This document shows, in pieces, positions 1 through 12,699 of a stretch of DNA of 64,000 bases; within the stretch, counting starts at the first letter, position 1, and the number at the start of each line of letters is the position of its first letter. This stretch comes from the human T2T-CHM13v2.0 reference genome, Homo sapiens. The notes beneath the pieces are model-generated. The model made no database searches and had not been told where the DNA came from. It saw only the letters and a list, made by a program, of their open reading frames with translations. The stretch lies in the NCBI RefSeq assembly GCF_009914755.1, contig NC_060929.1. One strand, written 5' to 3'. Position numbers and translations under genes: made by a program.

Positions 1-2103
1 AGCTAGTTTTCACATGGGTTTGTAGCCTAAATTCACATGAATTGTTATTCTGAAAATCTTACACCAAAAACTGAATTTACATTTGTTCCAAAGTAGGTAA
101 TACACACAGATGCTATACAGAGGCAAACTGAAACTCTCTTGAGCACGTACCTTCATCTTGGACTGGAGTATTTCCCACAAATAATATTTAGAAAAAGATA
201 AGATCAAATTGCATAACCTACTCCTACTCTGCCAAAGAAGACACCAAATGAGAAAACAAGCATAGAATAGCAGAAATGGATTTATCAGAATAAAATATTA
301 AATAAATACATCTAATATATTTTTAAAATAAAAGTGGTATTAAAATATGAATATAAAAATTACTATGTTATTAAAGGAAATGGCCAAGCAGATTTGAAAA
401 AGAACCAGAGACAATTTATGAAAATAAAACATGTAATTGAAATGTAAAATTCAATGGATAATAATAGATGAGGAATATATAAAAATGGAATTAGTAAACT
501 AATGAGGAGTCTAAGAGAAAACCCCTAAAAATCTGTGGCCTCCCAATTGTCCAATCTTTATAGTAAAGGCAAAGTTAAGTTAATAACATTTATAAACAAA
601 ATCCAGCTTCACATGGGTCTGCAGCTTAATTCACCCTATTGGCATGCTCTGAAAAACTCAAGCTAAGATTTGAGTTTACAGAAACATATACAGAAGAAGA
701 AAAAAACTAAGGTAGAGGAAATATTTGAAAAAAATAAATCTGAGCATTGTCTTATACAAATGAAAGACATCAATCTACATATTCAAAAAGCCTCAAAATT
801 CTCAAGGTAAATAAAGGAAAAGAAATTCTCGCTAGACTTACAATAATAAAACTGCAGAACCAAAGACAAAGAAAAAAATCTTACAAGAATTGAAAAGCAA
901 ATTATTTGTCAATGAGTGAAGGGTAGGCTGATAGTTGACTCAATCAAAGCCAGAATTAAAGTTTACATTAAATGTGAGGACAAAAATAACTATGAACAAT
1001 CAATTCTACCTATAAAGTTACTATTTCTTGAGAACAAGATGGCATAGGGTCTTTTCCAAAGAAAGCATGATAGATTTTCTTAGCACACAAGAAATAGAAA
1101 AACGTTTTTACTGGATAAATGTAATTAGAAAAAAAACCTATACCTAACATGATTCTTAACAATGAAATACTGAAAACTTGCCCTGTAGCATCAGAAACAA
1201 GACAATGGTACTGACTATCATTACGTCTATTCATGATTGTACTAGTTGTGATGGCCAGGACAATAAAGCAAGAAAAATAAATCAAAGTATATGCATTGGA
1301 AATTAGAAAATAAAGATTTCCTTAATGATCAACATATTAGAAAGCCAAGGAAAATCAGTAGACATATTATTAGAATTGATTAGAAGATAGCGTAGCAAGC
1401 TTGCAAGATACAAAGTAGCAAACAAAAAGCAATTACATTTTTATGCACGAATCACAAATTTAGAATGTACAACATTTTTAGTGTCATTTAATGTTTTATA
1501 GAAATATATGGAGCCTAAGGAACAAATCTAACAAAAATCTGTGAAAAATGTATGAAGAAAATTATAAAACTTACTTAAAAATTAAAGAATTAAACTAGAG
1601 AGATATTAAATAAATTGAATATTAATAAGTGGAAGGATTCTGCATCATAAATATATTGAATCTCTCTTTTTGTCAATAAAATACAGTTTCTAACTAGATT
1701 TTCTTTATGTAGAACTTGACGAGTTGATTAAAAATGAAAGACTAAAGGACTAGGAATTGCTGACTCTTCTAAATAATAAATTGGAGTGTATCACTAGATT
1801 TCAAGAATTTTTATTTTTAAATTATTGAAATTAAGACAGTGTGGCATTACCTCAGAGACCAAAAAATAGTCCAAAGAAAATAGTCTAGAAAAAGCCCACC
1901 AATATAAAGAAACCTGATTTATGACAAAGGTGACATTTCAGATCAGTGGTAGAAAGATGAAATATATTGTAAACACTGCTGGGACAATTGGTTATCCATA
2001 TGGAAAAAATAAATAAATCTGTATTTTTAACTCATGCCTTTCACAGAAAATAATCCATGGCATTAGGAACCTAAGTATGATAAAACTTTTATTAGATAAT
2101 ATA
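1..2103 (+). mobile_element. Ancient LINE-1 (L1M/L1ME-like) remnant: 5'/ORF1 and ORF2 fragments, left part
   Basis: A-rich degenerate L1 motifs, e.g. 'aatgaaagacatcaatctacatattcaaaaagc', 'gcaagatacaaagtagcaaacaaaaagcaattacatttttatg', 'gctgggacaattggttatccatatggaaaaaa'. No intact ORF. Confidence 0.8.
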
Positions 2104-2584
2104 TATATATTTGTTTTTAAGTGAAAGCAAGTTTATTAATAAAATAAAGGAATAAAAGAATGGGTACTCCATAGGCAGAGCAGCCCCGAGGGCTGCTGGT
2201 TGCTCATATTTATGGTTATTTCTAGATTATATGCTAAACAAGGGATGGATTATTCATGCCTCCCCTTTTTAGACCATATAAGGTAACTTCCTGATGTTCT
2301 CATGGCATTTGTAAACTGTCATGGCGCTGGTGGGAGTGTAGCAGTGTGGACCAACAGAGGTCACTCTCATCTCCATCTTGGTTTTGATGGGTTTTAGCTG
2401 GCTTCTTCACTGCAACCTGTTTTATCAGCAAGGTCTGTATGACCTGCATCTTGGGCTGGCCTCCTGCCTCATTCTGTGACTTAGAATGCCTTAACCTCCT
2501 GGGAATGCAGCCTAATAGGTCTCAGCCTCATTTTACCTGTCCCCTATTCAAGACAAAGTTGCTCTGGTTCAAATGTCTCTGACA
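2104..2584 (-). mobile_element. MER41A LTR (ERV1), U3-R only, lacking U5, ending in a degraded A-tail
   Basis: Minus strand starts TGTCAGAGACATTTGAACCAGAGCAAC and contains GGTCTAAAAAGGGGAGGCATGAATAATCC, the MER41A form without the tandem GAS segment of MER41B. It stops at AATAAACTTGCTTTCACTT followed by AAAAACAAA. Confidence 0.9.
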
Positions 2585-4097
2585 TTTTTCCCCTCCGTTT
2601 TATAAGAAAACTCTTAATGCTAAGGGTTGTAGAGGGATGAAGATCCATCTTCTATAATTTGTTCAGGCTAATTAGGGGGGATAACATTCCTGCCTAACTA
2701 ATGGGTCTCTTGCATTCAAGATAGAGAAGAGCTCAGTCAGAAAACATCGGTATGGCATGGGCCATTTATAACTCTTAAGTTCCAACAAAAGGATATCTAG
2801 AAGATAAATAAGTGTTCAATTTAAGAAAACATTTGGTAAGCTTACCCTGTATTTCTACACAAAGAGTACAAGAGCAAAATATTCCACAACAGTAAAGTAA
2901 AATAAGTAAAACTATCCCAAGTAAACTAAATGAGAAGAAGTCTTTCTATGAAGTGGGCAACTGTTGGAACCAAGCTGATACGGGATGCTAGCTGATTCCA
3001 ATATGTGTCCAGAATTAGAATACTGATCTTGATTTTTACATGACCCATCTCTCTTGTTTCTTTTGAGCTGCAGTCAGAGATTACTGATTGGTTCGCAGGA
3101 ATGAGCAAGGTCAGTCTAAATTGCAGGAAAAAAAAACCAAAAGCAACTGATGAGACTGGAACCTAAAACAGGTGTACCATAGTCCTTGAAACATAACTTT
3201 TTCTCTCCAGTTTCCCATTTTCACTAAAGACAAATCATGGTAAGACTGACTTGCTTTAATATACTTGGCCTGATTATTTGTGTAAAGTGTAGCAATAATA
3301 TTTTTTACAGAGGCTTTTTAAATTGACTTTGAACTTTGCTCCATAAAAGGAATTTCAGATAAGACTTTTTTTTAAAGCTGAACCCAGCCGTGGGTTTGGA
3401 CCTTAAAATATCCATGAGTTGAGTAAATTCCTCTCCTCTTGAGGTCTCAAGATAACTTGGGGCTCCTAGGCCTGTCAAAAAGTGACATTCTTTACTTGCC
3501 ACAGGTCAGGAACCTGGCACAGGGACTGTGTAGACAAGATACAAGACCAGTTTGCCCAAAGGACTTTTATTGGCTCTATAAGTCAAGTTTGATTCCTTAA
3601 AGGAAAGCACACCATTCCAGTTAAAGTCTTGGTAAAATAGCCAGTTTCTCCAATTGTGTCCTCTCACAAAAGAGAACATTCTTATTGCACTTATGCAAAT
3701 AATCATATTGTCATTAGTTAAGAATATTTACAATTAGTTTCCAAATTCTGGATAAATCAGGTAGAGAGAAACAAATTCTGTTCACAGGAGTATACTTTAC
3801 TCAATTGTTAAAAGCTGTAAATAGCTCAAAAGAAAGTATCCTTGACTCTGAAAAACAAAACAAAGGATCAACAATGTTTTAAGCAAAGTCAAAAAAGATT
3901 ACTTTAGTCTCATATTAGTTCAGTTCATTCAGTCAACTCTGTTCTGCTTGATATTAATGAACATTCCAGCTTTCCATGAATCCTGAAAGTGTTTTTCCTG
4001 TATGCTAATGTCACAATTTTCAAAGTTTTCAGAAACATACATTCAAGAACACATGTCAAAGTCCCATCACTGATTATAAACCACCTTTCAAAGAAGA
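2585..4097 (-). mobile_element. MER41-int / MER4-group ERV internal sequence, 3' part, 5'-truncated
   Basis: A polypurine tract (AAAACGGAGGGGAAAAA on the minus strand) abuts the LTR start. The rest resembles non-coding MER4-group internal sequence. Confidence 0.8.
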
Positions 4098-5560
4098 TAG
4101 ATAATATAGGAAGATATTTTTATAAACAGTCATGAATGAACTTTTTGTTAATAATACAAAAAGTGTAAGCCATACAAGGTAAGATTAAAAATTGGATCAC
4201 ATTCAATTTCTCTTCTTAGCTGAATGGTGTCTATTGTTTTAACATGTATTTTCAACATATATAACAAAGTACTAGAATCCAGAATTTCCAAAAAACTTCT
4301 ACAAATAAATAAGAAAACAGGAGAAAAAATAGGCCAAATAACTAAACAGATGCTTCAGAAAGAGGAAATTCAAATAGTTAATAAAAATTAGTAACAAACA
4401 GCATTAGTTTTCAGAGAAATGTAAATTAAAACTACAAGGTAACATTACATACCTACTAAATGTGCAAAAAATGTAAAAGTCTAACAATGGCAAGTGTTGG
4501 CAAGCATGCAATGCAAACAGAATATTGATACATGTACACAATGCTTGTAGTATGTAAGTTGTTAAACTACTTTGGGAAGTAGTTTGAAGTTGTCTGTTAT
4601 ATTTGAACAGTTACAATTCTTATGATCCACAAATTCAATTTCTAGGTTTAAATCCTAAAGAAATATGTACACACACACATCAGGAGATGTAATTAAGAAC
4701 ATTCAAAACTGCATTGTTTATAATAGCAAGTAGCAATTAAAAATATAATATACAAGTAAATCAGGGTGTGATTATACAATGAAATGCTAGAGAGCAATGG
4801 AAAGTCAATTAATTACCTGCATCAATATATCTAAACCCCTGAAACCTAATACTGAGCGAACAACACTAAGTCCTGAATACATATGGTATTAATCCACTTA
4901 TGGAAAGTTAAAGACAACATGCAAAAGCAAGCAATATATGGTTTAATGTTAAAAACATGCAGTTAAAAAATAAACAGAGGGCCTGAGCATGGTTACCAAT
5001 GCCTGTAATCCCAGAAATTTTGGAGGCCAAGGCAGGAGGATTGCTTGAGACCAGGAATTTGAGACCAGCCTGGACAACATAGTTAGACCCCTTCTCTACA
5101 AAAAGGTGAAAATTACCTGGGCATAATGGTGTGCACCTGTAGTCCCAGTTACTCAGGAGGCTGACATGGGAGGATCACTCGAGCCTGGGAGTTTGAAGTT
5201 ACAAAGAGCCATGATTGCACCACAGCACTTAAGTCTGGGAAACAGAGTGAGATCCAGTCGCTTAAACACACACACACACACACACACACATGCACACACA
5301 CACACAGAAATAATAAACACACACACGGAAATAATAAACAAGTTCAAAGTGGTGGTTTTCTCTTCATTCCATGGCATGGAATGAATTCAGAAAAAGGAGC
5401 ACAGATTTGTGATATGGAATGATAATGTTCCATCTTGTAATTGTGTGATATGTACATAAACATCCATTGAATAATGATCATGTGTACATTATCTATATTT
5501 TATAAATATTTCTTAGAATCTCCTCGACATTTTATAAAAAGACAAAAGCATTAATATAAA
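4098..5560 (+). mobile_element. Continuation of the ancient L1M element (ORF2 3' end and 3'UTR), interrupted by an Alu
   Basis: 'agaaatgtaaattaaaactacaagg', 'ctaacaatggcaagtgttggcaag', 'ctgcattgtttataatagcaa'. Resumes directly after the duplicated TAGATAATATA. Confidence 0.8.
4980..5340 (+). mobile_element. AluJ-type SINE with (CA)n tail
   Basis: Dimeric Alu with the J-like motifs 'ggaggattgcttgagaccagg' and 'gccatgattgcaccac'. The tail is converted to (CA)n at ~5266-5305. Confidence 0.92.
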
Positions 5561-5829
5561 GTGACTAATTTTATTAATATTCACACATTTCATATTATTG
5601 ACTTTGAGAGTAATGTTGTACAAAATTAGCATAGAATTAGAAACAACTTAATAATGCATCAATCTGTATCAGGTAAAACATGGAAAAGCATTTAAATAAA
5701 ATCTCTGATATCAGTCTCTACTTGGGGCTGTCACTGAATTCCCCTCCTTTACCTGTGCTTAGGAAACAATGAACTAGGACCCAAAGACTGTATGAAAATG
5801 TCCACAAAACGATGAAATGTTTATTAGCA

Positions 5830-6720
5830 TATATGTTAATCCAACCAATATTTATTAAGCACCTTTATATGGAAGGCAATGTCTAGATATGTGGACTATA
5901 CAAAAATACAGAGGATATTCAGGTCTTCTCCACCTCTCACTTAGAATTTCTAAATAACCTCCTAGTTTCTCTTCCTTTCTTCAACAAGTGCATTCCCAAA
6001 CCATCTTCCATGTGGCTACCAGACACATGTTTCTACTACAGAGAGGCTAGCCAAAGTACCCAACTTATGATAAAAGTTTTAAATTAATTTCTCTGATTAC
6101 TCTTTACTTGCAAGCCACTTATATTTCCCTATCACATTCAGAGCCCATCAAGTTAAATGCCTACCAAGGCGAGGCTGGTCATTTGATGAATGAAGCTTGC
6201 CAAGGAGAAGAAAGAAGATGAACAGCAGAAGCCCTATGTAAAAAGGGCAGCAACCCTATTCCAGCCAAGTGTTGCCTCACTAGATGGGGAAAAGCCACTA
6301 GTGTGGCTTTTTTTTGAGAAGCATGAACTCTGAATTTTTTCTTAAAATCACCTATGCCAAATGATGCCAATGAATTCATTTTCAAAAACACAAAAAGACC
6401 TGTTGATTTACAAAATAAAATACAAACCTCTTGACATATCATGCAAGGCTCTTCAAATTCTATTCCCGAATTGACTTCCTTAAGCCTCTTTCCACACTCT
6501 ATGTTCTGCATTCACCCTTCTTGAATATGCCATGCTCTTTGACAGTTCCAAGATGGGTGCACATTTAGACTGTAGGCCAATCTCTGCTCCAGGTCTACTC
6601 ACCCCCAAGGACTGTACTGAAAACCACCTCCACTCTGAAGTCTTCTTTAACACCTACAGGACAACGTCAGCCAGGGTTTACTATATCTGTCTCCTTTTCT
6701 TTGTTCATATACATACAGGC
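5830..6720. mobile_element. Degenerate L2 fragments
   Basis: L2-like motifs 'aatatttattaagcacct', 'aataacctcctagtttctc', 'ccatcttccatgtggctaccaga'. Confidence 0.5.
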
Positions 6721-7729
6721 TGTCCCTGACTTTCATATTTTCAGCTTCTGAACAGCCAACACTTTCATGCATTATACATCGACACTCCAAAGTGCCTTTT
6801 GTATGCCAAATCCAGACTTTCATACATCAGCAGATCAACGAACATTTTGCACTAATGTGTGGTGGCACTGCCTGACAGCCAAGAGTTCTGTTTGGGCAGT
6901 CATGCCATCTTTGTCTGTAAGAGCAGGCTTTATATAATTATTTGAATATTTTTTGCTCTTTGCCCTTATTATTTTGCCAAAATGAGTGGAAAATGAACAT
7001 TGAAAACGCTGGTAATAGTGATAAAAATCATAGGTCTCATAAGCCTAATACACTTGAAACAAAGATGAAATCATTAGGCATTCCCATCAGGGCACATCTT
7101 TAACCCCAATCAGGCTCTTATTAGATTTAAACCCAGTCAACTGTGGTTCAATTATGAAAGGAAAAAAAAAAATAAGACTAAAGGCTCTGTATAAAATGCT
7201 GGAAATAAATTTGTTGAAGATTGTGTGTAAATGGCAAGGTATAATCAGAGATTATATCATATATTTTAGCTCTCAAGAGAGAAAAAAACTGTATAACATG
7301 TAAGTCTACTTTTTTCTTAATTTAACATGACTCTTTTATATGGTTAAGAAATGCATTATATATGAATCAACAGTTATTTGATGAGCTCTTTCATTGGGAA
7401 TCATAGTGCTTTTTTACTATATCCTTTATCTTTGAATACCTTTGATTCACTTTCGCCCTCATTGTTTACCAGCTTTCACACCATCTTAGTATCCTTAGGG
7501 ATACTAAGGAATCTAGCCTGCTCATCATCCACTTAATAGCCACCAATTCCAAGGTGGAGGCTGCAGTATATCTTCTGCCACCAACAGAGTTGGGATGATC
7601 AAGTTAATGGAAATATTGCACTTGCCTTGTGAAGCAAACAGACAGAACTTCAGGTTTTGAGGAGTGAGAGACAGCATTCTAACAATTTCTGAAAATCTAA
7701 CTCTATGTGAAATAATATGTAATGTCACT

Positions 7730-7885
7730 TTATTTATCCTCATAAATACCTGTGCTTGTGAAACAACCATTGAACAGATGAGGAAAATGAACTCAGAAAG
7801 TTTAAGTAACTGACCCAAGGTCACACACACACGAGTAGCCAAACTGTTATTTAAAACCAAGTGTGTCTGAATCCAAAGTGTATAC
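7730..7885 (-). mobile_element. MIR SINE
   Basis: MIR core 'acagatgaggaaaatgaactcagaaagtttaagtaactgacccaaggtcacaca'. Confidence 0.85.
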
Positions 7886-8719
7886 ACTTTCAAAAAACAC
7901 GATGCCTTCAGTGTATTGTGTTACAAATACTGGTCAAGACTATTGTCAAATGATCAATAGATATATTTTCTGCTTCTCTGTCATTTACGCTTATCCGTCT
8001 GTCTATAGTGATTTAACCTCCTTTTTCTGGGAAGTTCTAATGCAGTCATTACTCAAAGGGTTCACTTTAAAAAGAGCTACAAAGAAACATCTTGTTCTTC
8101 ACCCAACAAGTGGTGAATTTTTCAAAGATGTTACATGTTTTATACAGTTCACTTAGAGCCAGTTTTCTGAAATGAATTCCTTTTGTTCTTCTTAAAAGTG
8201 AACTTTTTCCGTGTGCATCATCTCACAGTTCTTCCACTCAAAAGAGATTTTGAAATTTCAATAAAGCAATATACATGAAAGTAATGAATAGTGTATAAAA
8301 TACAAGGAAAATTAAACGTAAATTTTCTGCTCATAATGATATACTGTGTGATGCCATGCGATCACAGCAATTTCAAACAGTTTTTACTCTATAAATGTGT
8401 GCTCAATACAGAAATGAATAACTAGGCACTATTCTTGTGAATGTCTTACTCCCTTGCCTCAATTTATCACTATCCTTTTCTTAAGATATTGCAATTAGTT
8501 CCTAGAAATCTAACAAATCTGTGGGTCTTAAAGGTATCCAATATCTACCTGCCCAAGCTGATTAGCTTGTTTTCCTTGATCTCTATATAGCATTTAATAT
8601 GTGCATGGTTCTACTTTATTCCTGTTGTGTACTCTGGCTGCTCTGAAATGAACAACTTTCAAAGGATGTGAAGACTCTGCTCTCTGGCTGCAATCACTTA
8701 TCTGTCCATCTATATCTAC

Positions 8720-9610
8720 TTCTGCCAGCTGGATCCTTATTGCAGCCACTGCTGGTGCCCCTCCCAGATATTCAGGGATCCTTTTCACCTGCTGCTATAG
8801 GTGCTGCTGCTAACAGCTCATGAGTTCATATTTCAACCTTTTCAGACAGATAAGCCCACAGGGTCTTTTAATCACCTCACTGGAGGTGCCTGAGAGAAAT
8901 ACCCTTCACCTTAGGTGACCCTGACCCAATGAGTGACTAATGCAGATTACAAAAGCACCCCTCCTGAAGGCAGGACAGACTCTGTGATAGAATTTATGCT
9001 CCAGTGCTTCCCTGTAGGATCAGACTGAGGTTTGACACCTGAAACCAAGTCTTTATTTTGCTTCGTTCTTTTCCCTATCCTCCTTCCTCCCTCATGTATA
9101 GATTTATCCTAATCATATACCATCTGTTTTAATCCATTTTGTGCTGCTGTAACAGAATACCATAGACTGGGTAATTTATAAAGAACATAAATTTATTTGC
9201 TCACGGTTCTGGAGGCTAGGAAATCCAAGATTAAGATGCCAACGGGTTTGGTGTCTGATGAGGGCCCAGTCTCTGCTTCCAAGATGACACCTTGAAGGCT
9301 GCATCCTTGTGAGGGCAGGAACACTGTTCCTCACATGGCAGAAAAGTAGAAGAGAGTCAAGAGAGAAGCAAAAGAAGGCCAAATTTGCCCTTTTATCATG
9401 GCAATAATTCTATTCATGAGGGTAAAGCCTTCATGGCTTGATCATCTCTTAATAGCCCCATCTTTTAATACTGTTACAATACCAATTAAATTTCAACCTG
9501 ACTCTTGGAGGGGACAAATGTTTAAACCATAGCACTCTCTTTTCTACTTTTAGGCATTGTCTTAATTGAGGCTCTACTTCAAGGAAACCTGATCCCAGAA
9601 AATGCCTAAA
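8720..9610 (+). mobile_element. LTR16-like ERVL LTR, split by a MaLR insertion
   Basis: 'tgaccctgacccaatgagtgactaatgc', 'atttatgctccagtgcttccctgtaggatcagactgagg'. The 3' end 'gaggctctacttcaaggaaacctga' lies after the MaLR. Confidence 0.6.
9125..9534 (-). mobile_element. MaLR solo LTR (MSTB/C/D-like)
   Basis: TG...CA termini. Contains 'agactgggtaatttataaagaac...ggttctggaggctaggaaatccaagattaag' and ends 'ggaggggacaaatgtttaaaccatagca'. Confidence 0.85.
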
Positions 9611-10368
9611 ACCAAAACAGAGAGTATGTGGCACTTTTTAATTTTTTCCTGGAATCAGTGGTCATAACCCAGTTTACTGTTTGTGTGATTCTAAAATTCT
9701 GGATTGTGGATTGTTCCTTCCAAAATCTGCTACTTGTTTGCTGCATTCAATTGGAACTTAAAATAGATTTTAAATCCATCCTGGTAATTTCAGAATCATT
9801 CATTTCCTGTCCATCTCGTCACTTATTGGCCAAGTTTCCAGTCTTAACACTGCTCTACTGGAGTAAAAGGAAACCTAGTGGTATTGCCAGAGTGGGAATT
9901 TAGGGCCTTACAGCTTATGAACCTATAGGTGGTGTGGATTTATAAGCAATTAAAGAGACCACCTCTGATGGGAAGAAGGCTCAGGACCAAAGAAACAACA
10001 TGAATAAGTCAATCCCAAAAAAGTAAAAATAAATTCCAAAGCAAAGAGCTTATGATGGAATCAAGAGACGGATCATGAAAGTTTGGGTGGTGAATTCAAG
10101 GCTAAGCTTCGTACAGATTCAGGAAACACTGACATATAGCACATACATACACCGATGGCCTAGGCGTATGTGGTGACCTTTAACAACTAAGCTATTCTGC
10201 ACATAACTAGATGCTGAAATCCTATCTACTTTATCACACATCAATTTACTTATTCTCTTCTGGCTTCCAGAATAGTTTTAAAAACTATTCACTGCTTGAC
10301 CATTCCTTTATCATTAACCTGACAACCTGTGACCAGTGCCCCTCCTCACCTTAGCTCCTATAGTTAAG

Positions 10369-12099
10369 ACTCTTTCACCACTTCTATTCAATGTAGTACT
10401 GGAAGTCCTAGCCAGAGCAATCAGACAAGAGAAAGAAATAAAGGGCAACCAAACTGGTAAAGAGGAAGTCAAACTGTCGTTGTTTGCTGATGATATGGTC
10501 GAATACCTAGAAAACCCTTAAAACTCATCCAAAAAGCTCCTAGAACTGGTAAATGAATTCAGCAAAGTTTCAGGATACAAAATTAGCATCATAAATCAGT
10601 AGTTCTGCTATACACTAACAGTGACCAAGCTGAGAATCAAAACCAGAACTCAACCCCTTTCACAAACCTGCAAAAATAATTAATTAACTACTTATGGATA
10701 TACCTAATCAGGGACATGAAAGACCTCTACAAGGAAAACTATAAGATACTGCTTAAAGAAATCATAGATGACACAAACAAATGGAAACACAGCCCATGCT
10801 CATGGATGGGTAGAATCAACATTGTGAAAATGACCATACTGCCAAAAGCAATCTACAAATTCAATGCAATTCCTATCAAAATACCATTATGATTCTTCAC
10901 AGAACCAGAAAAACGAATCCTAAAATTAATATGGAACCAAAAAAGAGCCTGCATAGCCAAAGCAAGACTAAGCAAAAAGAACAAATTTGGAGGCATCACA
11001 ATACCCGACTTCAAACTCTATTATAAAGGCCATAGTCACCAAAACAGCATGGTGCTGGTATAAAAATAGGCACATGGACCAATGGAACAGAATAGAGAAC
11101 ACAGAAAGAAAGCCAAATACTTACAGCCAACTGATTTTTGACAAAGAAAACAAAAACAAAGTGCAGAAAGAACACCTTATTCAACAAATGGTGCCAGAAT
11201 AATTGGCAAGCCACACATAGGAGAATGAAACTGGATCCTCATCTCTCACCTTATACAAAAATCAACCCAAGATGATCAAAGAGTTAAATCTAAGAGTTGA
11301 AACCATAAAGATTATAGAAGATAACATTGGAAAAACCCCTCTACATATAGGCTTGGGCAAAAAGTTCGTGACAAAGAATCCAAAAGCAAATGTAACAAAA
11401 ACAAAGGTAAACAGATGGGACTTAATTAAACTAAAAAGTATCTGCACAGCAAAAGAAATAGTCAGCAGAGTAAACAGACTACCCACAGAGTGGGAGAAAA
11501 TCTTCACAATCTATACATCTGACAAAGGACTAATATCCAGAATCTACAAATAACTCAAACAATCAGCAAGAAATAAAATTTAAAAAAAATCTTATCAAAA
11601 AGTAGGCAAGGACTTGAATAGACAATTCTCAAAAGAAGATACACAAATGGCCAACAAGCATATGGAAAAATGTTCAACATCACTAATTATCAGGGAAATG
11701 CAAATCACAACCACAATATGATACCATCTCACTCCTATAAGAATGGCCATAATAAAAAAATTAAAAAATAATAGATGTTGGTGGGGATGCAGTAACAAGG
11801 GAACACTTTTACACTGTTGGTGGGAATGTAAACTAGTACAACCACTATAGAAAACACTGTGAAGATTCCCTAAAGAACTAAAAATAGATCTACCATTTAA
11901 TCCAGCAATCCCACTAGTAGTTATCTACCCAGAGGAAAAGAAGCCATTATACAAAAAAGATATCTGCCCACGCATGTTTATAGCTGCACAATTTGCAACT
12001 GCAAAAATATGGAACCAGCCCAAATACCCATCAATCAATGAGTGGATAAAGAAAATGTGATATATATATATAGATATAGATATATAGATAGATAGATGC

Positions 12100-12142
<43 letters not shown>

Positions 12143-12520
12143 TATGTATATATAATGGAATACTACTCAGCCATAAAGGGGAATGAAATAATGGCATTCA
12201 CAGCAACCTGGATGGAACTGGAGACTATTATTATAAGTGAAGTAACTCAGGAATGGAAAACCAAACATTGTACGTTCTCACTCACATGTGGGAGTTAAGC
12301 TATGAGGGTGCAAAGGCATAAGAATGATACAATGGACTTTGGAGACTCGAAGGGAAAGGTGGGGGTGGCAAGGGATAAAAGACTACACATTGGGTACAGT
12401 GTACACTGCTGGCGTGATGGGTTCATCAAAATCTCAGGAATCGCCATTAAATAAATTATTCATGAAACCAAACACCATCTGTTCCCCAAAAAGCTATTGA
12501 ATTTAGAGAAAAAAATAAAG
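10369..12520 (+). mobile_element. 5'-truncated LINE-1 (L1PB1-like): disrupted ORF2 RT/C-terminal region, 3'UTR and A-tail
   Basis: ORF2 peptides '[25 protein letters not shown]...LSLFADDM' (FADD RT motif) and '[14 protein letters not shown]', broken by stops and frameshifts. The 3'UTR is L1PB-type: 'ggcataagaatgatacaatggactttgg...ccaaacaccatctgttccccaaaa'. Confidence 0.93.
12061..12153 (+). repeat. (TA)n/(TAGA)n compound microsatellite inside the L1
   Basis: Directly visible TAGA array. Confidence 0.95.
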
Positions 12521-12699
12521 ATTTTCATAGGTTAATATTCCTGAGTCTCTGACCTCTTCCATGTAAACACAACCATACAAAAATTGGGGTTTCTTGTAAT
12601 CTTATGTGCCCCAAACTTTTCTAAACCACTTAATTATATTGCTACCCAAGAAATATTATGGTACATTGTAACATTAATTTTAACCATTAAAGTTACCTA

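Noticed and set aside
5153-5384. Overlapping ORFs with CVCV/THTH runs
   Set aside because: They derive from the Alu and its (CA)n tail.
10336-11553. ORFs with a reverse-transcriptase motif (LFADDM) and L1 ORF2-like peptides
   Set aside because: They are fragments of a 5'-truncated, stop- and frameshift-disrupted L1PB, not a novel RT system or functional gene.
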